From Octopus bimaculoides (Eukaryota): a DNA stretch of 59,537 nucleotides. The stretch lies in contig NC_069005.1 of assembly GCF_001194135.2 (NCBI RefSeq), positions 978,076 to 1,037,612 on the forward strand, read 5' to 3'. The notes under the pieces are model-generated. The model was not told the origin of the DNA and made no database searches. It saw only the letters and a program-made list of their open reading frames with translations. The translations under genes and the position numbers were made by a program. Below, one piece after another: positions 51,061 through 59,537 of the stretch; position 1 is the first letter of the stretch; each line of letters begins with the position of its first letter.

Positions 51061-51367
51061 GTGTCCACACTAGCATAGCTGGGGTGGGGTGGGGAGCAGC
51101 AGGGACAGTTTGCACCAGGCAGTACTTTGAAGTCTGCTGTAGGCAATATGTGTTTTTTGTGGGGTCCAGGGGGTGGCAAACAGAAGGGCCGCCCCGGGTG
51201 GCACACACTCTAGCTACACTAGTGGGTGTACGTTAGGTATGGAATTTAATACATTTGTGTTGCATTTATTCCTTCATTACAATCTTTTTAACAAAACATG
51301 ATTCAGGTTCATCGTCAATATAAACACGCATAGACACACATGCACACATATATATATATGTACATAC

Positions 51368-51530
51368 AATGGGCTTCTTTCAGTTTCCATCTACCAAATC
51401 CATTCACAAGGCTTTGGTCGGCCCGAGGCTATAGTAGAAGACACTTGCCCAAGATGCCATGCAGTGGGTCTGAATCCATAACCATGTGGTTGGTAAGCAA
51501 GCTACTTACCACACAGCCACTCCTGCACCT
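51368..51530 (-). mobile_element. SINE family B, 5' half
   Basis: ggcttctttcagtttccatctaccaaatccattcacaaggctttggtcggcccgaggctatagtagaagacacttgccc...cacacagccactcctgcacc. Confidence 0.9.
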
Positions 51531-53485
51531 ATAATATAATATAATATATATATATATATANNNNNNNNNNNNNNNNNNNNNNNNNNNNNNNNNNNNNNNN
51601 NNNNNNNNNNNNNNNNNNNNNNNNNNNNNNNNNNNNNNNNNNNNNNNNNNNNNNNNNNNNNNNNNNNNNNNNNNNNNNNNNNNNNNNNNNNNNNNNNNNN
51701 NNNNNNNNNNNNNNNNNNNNNNNNNNNNNNNNNNNNNNNNNNNNNNNNNNNNNNNNNNNNNNNNNNNNNNNNNNNNNNNNNNNNNNNNNNNNNNNNNNNN
51801 NNNNNNNNNNNNNNNNNNNNNNNNNNNNNNNNNNNNNNNNNNNNNNNNNNNNNNNNNNNNNNNNNNNNNNNNNNNNNNNNNNNNNNNNNNNNNNNNNNNN
51901 NNNNNNNNNNNNNNNNNNNNNNNNNNNNNNNNNNNNNNNNNNNNNNNNNNNNNNNNNNNNNNNNNNNNNNNNNNNNNNNNNNNNNNNNNNNNNNNNNNNN
52001 NNNNNNNNNNNNNNNNNNNNNNNNNNNNNNNNNNNNNNNNNNNNNNNNNNNNNNNNNNNNNNNNNNNNNNNNNNNNNNNNNNNNNNNNNNNNNNNNNNNN
52101 NNNNNNNNNNNNNNNNNNNNNNNNNNNNNNNNNNNNNNNNNNNNNNNNNNNNNNNNNNNNNNNNNNNNNNNNNNNNNNNNNNNNNNNNNNNNNNNNNNNN
52201 NNNNNNNNNNNNNNNNNNNNNNNNNNNNNNNNNNNNNNNNNNNNNNNNNNNNNNNNNNNNNNNNNNNNNNNNNNNNNNNNNNNNNNNNNNNNNNNNNNNN
52301 NNNNNNNNNNNNNNNNNNNNNNNNNNNNNNNNNNNNNNNNNNNNNNNNNNNNNNNNNNNNNNNNNNNNNNNNNNNNNNNNNTATATATATTGTTTTATGC
52401 TCATAGTGGCCAGATCTGGCCTTTCACACCTAGCCTATAATATTATTCTAAAAATTAGCAGTTACCTCATCAAAATTGCAAAGATAAGGCATGATTCATT
52501 CAAAACAATGAATAAATAAAAGCATTACTTTCGACAGAATAATGCAAATGCTAAAGGTTTAAGAATGAAATTCAAAATATGTTCCATCGACCCAGGGAGG
52601 TGAATCAGCAGGTTTTTATATATCATTGTTGACCTTCGGTGAAACTGTTTGTCTTCCTAAATAATCAACCTGAATTGTTATGTTTTATTAGCCAGTTGGC
52701 TACACCAACTCACAATATATATAAACACACCCATTCATACACACACATGCACCAGTCCACACATGTACACATTCATAAATGCATGCATACACATCCACAC
52801 CTACATGCATACACAAACACACATACATACACAAACACTGGGAAATGCTTCAAGACTTTCTTCATTTTACTGAGAAACAGGAGGAGTGAACCAAAAGATC
52901 TTTTAGAGTCTATTCTTGAATTGGGTGGATTGGGTGTAGTGGATATTGGGAGATTCACTCTTCAAGAACCCCTGTTACAGTAGATGAAGAATTGATAGAG
53001 GTTCTTTTGCTGATATTAGAGATAAACAAAATAGTTGTGGGTGCAACAAGAGAGTTTATTAATATATCTAATTTAATGTATATATATATATATCTAATTT
53101 AATGATTTGAATTATGAGAGGGTTTGTAACTACTCTCAAAGTTCTAGATTTCGTGATGCAGCTAAGAAGTCAACAATATTTAAAATAGTAGCAACAGTAG
53201 TCTTCAGTCCTCGGTTGTTGAGGGTGACAATGGAGTTTTTTTCTAAAAGTATTTGGGCCACGATGTCTGCCCACAAAGATTTCTGTATTCATAACCAACA
53301 TGAATAAAAGAGCCTGTCCACGAGACATCTACACACCTATTCAGAAAATATGTGCACGGACATTTAATTAGTTCAGTATACGCCAAGACACACCTAAAGA
53401 CTGGATTACAAGAAAAATAATAAATGTCATCAAAGTATTATTCATATTCTTACACACAATAGCCATGCATAAATACAAACCCACA

Positions 53486-53516
<31 letters not shown>

Positions 53517-53661
53517 AACGTATACAAAACACACATCTCACAAACACATGATGTGAATCTCACCCAAACTAGTAAAAAATATGACACAATGGAATAAGAC
53601 GTATGTGGGTGTGTAAGTAAATATTCATGTGTACACACACAGTCACATAACTACATATATG

Positions 53662-53698
<37 letters not shown>

Positions 53699-54819
53699 AC
53701 ACATATCTACAAGAAATGCACACACACACTCCTCTGATTCATGAAAGGCATTTGAATACCACAACCATTCAACCGAGACATACCATGCAATGGCAAATAC
53801 AACACCAAAATATTTTCTTTTAAATATTTGATAAAATATGATTTTTAAAAATGAAACTATTTCTATACACACACACACACATACAAATGCATACACACAC
53901 TTGTATGTACACACATACATATTTATATACACATGCACACACTCCCACAGACATATTTAACTACACAAATTAATATGCTGCTACATGTGTTTCTATAAAT
54001 GTTTAACAGTCAAAAGTTTTGTTGTTTTTTTTATTCCAAACATGTAAGAAATTAAAATTAATTAACCAGAAACAAACATTACAAACTTAACAAAATTTCT
54101 ATCATTGTTAAACGTTAGAAAAGCATCAGAAATAAGTACAAAGCCATTTATTCCAACATCTTTTTAGATTAGTCGTCATAAATATAGTTTATATACACAA
54201 CTACTGCACTATAGACAGGCCAATTCAATTTATGTGTAGTTAAATGGTTCCAGGTTCAGTCCCACTGCATGGCACCTTGGGCAAGTGTTTTCTACTATAG
54301 TCCTGGGCCAACTAATGCCTTCTGAGTGGATATGTCTACCTATCTCCATACACACAAAACTCTCTACATATATTTACACACGTATATATGTGTGCGTGTT
54401 ACTGTTTCCCCATCTTGACAGCATTAGACAGCTGTAAATGAGTGACACCATCATACAAGTGGTGTCGTTTGTTTCCAATCTTCTTTGCAAAACATGTTTG
54501 GCCATGGGATAAACATTTACCTTGTTTGGAAACAGGTGAGGGTTGGTGACAGAAAGAGCATCCAGCCGTAGAAAACCTGCCTCAACAAATTCCATCTAAC
54601 CCACACAGGCATAGAAAAGTGGATGTTAAAACAATGAAAATGATGAACTACCTCACTACAAATTATTCACACAACTACTACACTTTTCAAAATTTCATTG
54701 TAATACATAATCGACATAACTCCATGACAATGGGTTTCTTTTTTTTATCAAGTAACCAGGTTGTATTGACAGTAATTGTTCACCAACAATGGTTTTCACG
54801 TATATTTACATCAACCGCT

Positions 54820-55824
54820 TTAACCAGTTTACAGCGTTGATTCATTTGGTTGCCTCCACGTGGTAATGGTAATCGTACCAAATGAGGTCAGTACTCAGTG
54901 TGAGATAACATTCGGCTTAGATTTGTGCCAACTGCTTTAGTACAAGTATTGCTTATTTACCTAGGCTATATCACTGTGCAGGACGCTCATGCGTTACTAT
55001 TCCTGAATAAAATCATTCAACAGCACAAGTCAAATCATTTTCATGCATTTACAATCACATGAATTCAAAAACTGACTTTAATGTGGTAGAGTTCAAAACA
55101 GGGTCCCACACACAGTGGCATATCACATTGTGAACAATGGTATCTAGTTTGCTTTACGTGCATCTCTTTGAAGCATTTGTTTTCTTGGGGAGAAAGAATT
55201 GTGGAAAATGTCCACATCACTTCACCATGCAGTGAGGAGAATCCAGCATGGGGACATCCACGTATTCTGTACTTTGGCAGGTCTGATGCTTCTATCATTT
55301 CACGGAACAATAGATTCCTGAATGTCAATCCATCCCCCACACTGCCAACCATCTGCCAAATCAAACGGGAGTTCATGACACACATGTCAACTATATACAA
55401 GAAAATTTTTTTATACCATTTCACAAATTTTCTCACCGATTTCTGTGTCATTGCCAGCTGATTTAAGCGATCGACACTGCCGCTCCTTCATTGTATGAAA
55501 CAACAACACTTGGTTTCATTATGGTATTACAGTCTGCATCTTATTTCCCAGTGTCCTTCATGCTTGCAGAATGCATTGTGGACAACATGCAGACGTTTTT
55601 CTTGTTATGCCACACTAGAGCGAGAATGTTATTATTGGTGCATCAGTATGCTGTTCCCCCACTTTCAAAGTTTAATCTCGTGAAGATCAGGAGGCATATT
55701 TTTCCTGTGTGTCCCCACAGTCACAGAAGCATTAGTCCTCCTTGGCTGCAATTGCAGGAAGGGGTCTGGACTGGAAAACCCGTTGTCCATATAAATATTG
55801 TAGCCAGTGTTTATGTAGGATACC
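54820..55824 (-). pseudogene. Decayed piggyBac transposon, 3' half (PGBD-like transposase remnant)
   Basis: GYNIYMDNGFSSP (second catalytic Asp region), ILALVWHNKKNVCMLSTMH, KPSVVVSYNEG.GSVDRLNQ (third Asp), KWYKKIFLYIVD, and C-terminal CSQCDMPLCVGPCFELYH Cys-rich domain; stops and frameshifts; TTAA at 54820-54823 is a candidate end. Confidence 0.9.
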
Positions 55825-56026
55825 TTAACCCTTTTGTTACCTTATTTTTGTTAAAATACACTGCTTTTGTTTAGATTAATTTTGAAAATAATGAAGAATT
55901 TAGTGAAATACTTATTACAATAGTGTTTGGAGCAGATTAACATGGAATTCTGAAGGAAGGTTTTAATTTGGTTCACTTCAAAACAGGAAGTTTATACCAC
56001 TGGTCTCAGGTAGGTTGGTATCAAAA
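55825..56026 (+). mobile_element. piggyBac-type MITE inserted at TTAA
   Basis: TTAA-cccttttgttacc at 55825; partial right TIR ggtatcaaaa at ~56017-56026; homologous to 36951-37151. Confidence 0.7.
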
Positions 56027-56811
56027 CAGCCAAAATGTCTTGGTTAAGAGTGGTCAGTAGGGAAGCACCATCTCTTGACATGCTGTCCAACCAAGATTTA
56101 GAAGCGTCTATCTTCTGTGTTCTTTTTCTGTCGGAGGAATTGCCATTTTCATCCATTTGAGTTACCTTGATGAAAAATTGTCTTGGAGACGGTTTGCTGC
56201 ATTTGTTTCCAATGCCAAATGAATTCCTATTGAGAGAACTAAAGGGACAATAAACAACCAAGGTTTTAACACCATTGATCAACTGTTTCTGTCTCTAAAA
56301 TTTTGGAAGTTCTCCAGAGATGTGAGGTGGACCTTGGAGTTGTTTTCATCTCTTTTTTTGAGTGAATCAAATTCGCTAACCAGATTCAAAATGTGCGGTG
56401 CATGTGGCAAGCTCTCTTTTTTCCATGGTATTGGCAATGGAAATATCATTTGAAGCAAATTGCTTATAAAATGAAAGACTACATCTGTTGTGACCCTAAT
56501 CTGAACACATATTCACTAAAGTTGACAAACCACTCAGATTAATTAAAACAAGCTGATATATCAATTTCAGTAGCTGACGTTCATGCAAACATAATTAGCA
56601 ACGGCTTTACATAAATCAAGATTTCTACAAAAACTATTTTTTTGCTACTTGACTTGAAGAGGGACAGAGGAAGGACAAACAGAGAGGTGAAAGAAATTTT
56701 GATAGTATTAGAGTAGCAAAGGAAGAAAGAAGAGACAATGGAAGAGAAATATACAGAATAGAAAGAGTATGGAACTAAAGAAGAGAAGAAAAAAAAGGTA
56801 ACATATATAAG

Positions 56812-56850
<39 letters not shown>

Positions 56851-57536
56851 CAGGAGGAAAGCAATAAAAATTTGATAATAACAGAAAGGTGAGACAGAAG
56901 TTAAAAATAGAGAAATGGATAGAAGAGGGAGAATATTAAAACAGAAAGATTCAACACTGTGGTGGCAGTAGAGGACCAGGCAATAGTTACATACAAAAGA
57001 AGGAAAGGGATGAGAAGATGGACAAACACATTCAAACTTTCTCGAATGGATGATAGTTTCAAAGGTTGAATTGTTAAATTTTATTTATGTTATGAGTAAA
57101 CAAAGACTGGTAAATAGTTATATTTTTAACAGTGTTTCATGCAAACTGGCACTTGAGTGCTTTTTCCACTCAAAGGGTAAACAGTAATACACTAAAGTAT
57201 AGGTTCAATTCCTGCAGGAATCATACATTATATTTCACATTTGTGCATGTATTATATATATGCACAAACACACAGGTATGGCTATGGGGTTAAGAAGTTT
57301 ACTTCTCAACCAAGGGGCTTCCACACAGTTACCATCTCCCAAATTCATTGACAAGGCATTGCCGAGCACTGAGTTTGAACCCAAGACCATGTAGATTGCA
57401 AAGTGAATTTTGCCACGTTTATTACGAAGCAACGTGGTTCACAGAAAATACCAATTCTAGTTTTTGGTGGATAATGAATATTTTTACAAGAACAACCAAA
57501 AATTTAATTAGAGAGAGAAAGGATCAAAAGACTCAC

Positions 57537-58220
57537 CCATCAGCTGGAATGTCCCTTAATTGTAGACCCAGTTTAACGACCTGGTTGGAGAAACTGGGGT
57601 AGTTTTCATCATCAGCCAAGTAAGATTCCATCTTGCGCTCTTGCCGGTCCCCACCGCAGTTCCTTGCAGGGCTTTTGTCATCCCGTTTCCGGGCCATAAT
57701 GGACAGGGGTTTCCAGCAACCGCTTGACCAGCTGGGGCTTGTCACACTCTCACTGCTGGTGGCGATGGTGGTGGTCGTGGTGGGGACACTGCTACTGGCA
57801 ATGCTATCGGTGGAAGTGGAGACGGAGGGGGGGGAGGAGTTAGTTTTGTTCTTCTTGGAGGTGAGGGGCCCTTGATTATTGCCGGCTTTGTTACTGTCCC
57901 GGTGGGGGTTGCTGGTCCCAGCAGCCACACACGTCAAGCTGTGCTGGCTCCACTTGGCTCCACCACCTATGCTCAGATCAGGGGGTGGCGGTGGGGGGTG
58001 AGATGGGGGTGGATGCCGCTTAGGCGGCTTCTTTTTGGACAACTGCTGCTGCTGTTGCTGCTGCTGCTGTTTCAATGACTTGTTGCTCTTGTGTTTACTG
58101 CTGTTCTCTGTGGCACTGACCAATGGACTGTCGCTGTCTCCGGCAGCGGTGGCGGTGATGCTACTGTCACTCTGGCTACCAGTTCCTGTACTTGTTGTTG
58201 TTGTAGTCGTGGAAGAATTG
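57537..58220 (-). CDS. OTUD3: OTUD3 exon carrying the conserved start region (MARKRDD...SFSNQVVKLGLQLRDIPADG, Met at 57697) plus an open 174-codon low-complexity upstream segment
   Basis: Donor GG|GTGAGT (phase 2) joins exon 2 to give IPADGNCLF; FSNQ...LGLQLRDIP.DG matches vertebrate FANQLQALGLKLREVPGDG. Acceptor (TC)n-ttttctccaacAG at 58222-58221; 684 nt with no stop. Coding status of 57698-58220 is less certain than that of 57537-57697. Confidence 0.9.
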
Positions 58221-58233
58221 CTGTTGGAGAAAA

Positions 58234-58264
<31 letters not shown>

Positions 58265-59506
58265 ATGAGTTGGAGTTTATTGTAATTTGGAAAACAACCA
58301 CAAAATATAAATGGTGGCAGCGGCAGCATTGTGATGACGATGACGATGATGATGGTAGTGATGATTGAGTTGGCAGTTAACTGAATTGAAAACAAGAAGG
58401 AAAAAAGAATAAAGAACAAAAGCTCTCAAATGGTGGTGGTGGTCATGTTAGGGGTGGCTTGTGAAGAGAAAAGTAGAAATGCAAATTGCGATGCTGGAGC
58501 AGAGCCACGCCAAGGCACCATCTTGAAGGATTTCAGCCCCTCCAACACTTCTGGCCAATTTATTGGTCATTTATTTTATTGATCTCTAATTTAACTGAAA
58601 ATGCTAAGTTACCATGCTGGAGCAACATTTCTATTTCTTTAGGTGGTGGTCATGTGTTAAACACACAGGTTACATAACTCCAATGATGGAAACAGCATTG
58701 ACAAAGCTAGTAGTAGTAGTAGTAATAGTAGAAAAATTGATTTTAAAAAATAAACACATGTGACAGGTGCAAGTGTGGTTAAGAAGCTTGCTTCACAGTC
58801 ATGTGGTTTCAGGTTCAGTCCCACAGCATGGCACCTTATAGCCCTAGGCTAACCAAACCCTTCTGAGCAAATTTAGTAGGCAGAAACTAAATGTGTGCGT
58901 GTGTGTGTATTTGTGTCTCCTTGTATTGATATTGTGTCATGGTTGTAAATGAGTGTCACTGTCGTACAAGCAGTGTCGTTCATTTTCAATATACCGTGAG
59001 AACATGACTGGCTATGGGGAAATTTTATATTAGTTAGAAACAAGTGAGAGTTAGTGACAGGAAGAGCATCCAATCATAGAAAAATTTACCTCAGTAAATT
59101 TCATCCAACCTAAGCAAGTATAAAAAAGTGGATATTAAAATTACAATGATGAGGCTACGACAGTCTCTGCACAATTTCCAAAGTACAAAGTGATCCCTGA
59201 AATGCAGAAGAGGGAGAAGACCATGGAAGAGGATGGTTGACCCGAAGATGCTGCATCTCGCAGAGATGATAATAATGGATTGTACTGATGGTAGATATGA
59301 GATGCTGCACAAGATGCATCCAGCCATGCACTGCAACACACACACACACAAGGGCAATGCTTAGAAGCTGCAATATTTCTACCCAGCCTCACCTTACATC
59401 TGTCCCTTTTTACCCATCTCCTCATCATTTGTAGTCCTCCATCTCCTTTGCTGACTACACCATTCTCATCACTCTGCCCATTTGCCCTTCAACTCCACCG
59501 CTCTCT

Positions 59507-59537
<31 letters not shown>

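Noticed and set aside
55065-55451. 128-aa piggyBac ORF as a domesticated PGBD gene
   Set aside because: The upstream catalytic region has stops and frameshifts and the 5' half is missing; it is a relic.

Overview
AT-rich, microsatellite- and SINE-dense eukaryotic scaffold with about 5.4 kb of N gaps. The repeat families look like those of octopus/cephalopod genomes (inference from recognition, not a database search). It is not prokaryotic, and most ORFs in the supplied track are repeat or gap artefacts. By manual splice-site and phase analysis I find three spliced protein-coding genes. (1) The last two coding exons of an unidentified + strand gene (2173-2593, 3436-3501). (2) An unrecognised - strand gene (about 24704 to 10143) encoding a single-pass membrane protein: hydrophobic N-terminus, divergent CUB-like ectodomain, one TM helix, and a cytoplasmic tail with clustered PY (PPxY/LPxY) and YxxPhi motifs; one exon runs into a gap. 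(3) An OTUD3 deubiquitinase orthologue on the - strand (58220 to 33990), seven phase-consistent exons with an intact Asp/Cys/His catalytic set, an open 174-codon low-complexity extension upstream of the conserved Met, and no identifiable final exon. The rest consists of at least three tRNA-head SINE families, RTE LINE 3' fragments, three mariner relics, a decayed piggyBac transposase with a nested TTAA-type MITE, a 2-kb CpG-dense (ACGA/ACGT)n array, and a head-to-tail array of about 11 co-oriented SINEs between the two convergent genes. The best candidate for something undescribed is the CUB-like/TM/PY-tail protein. I see no evidence of a novel multi-gene system beyond that.
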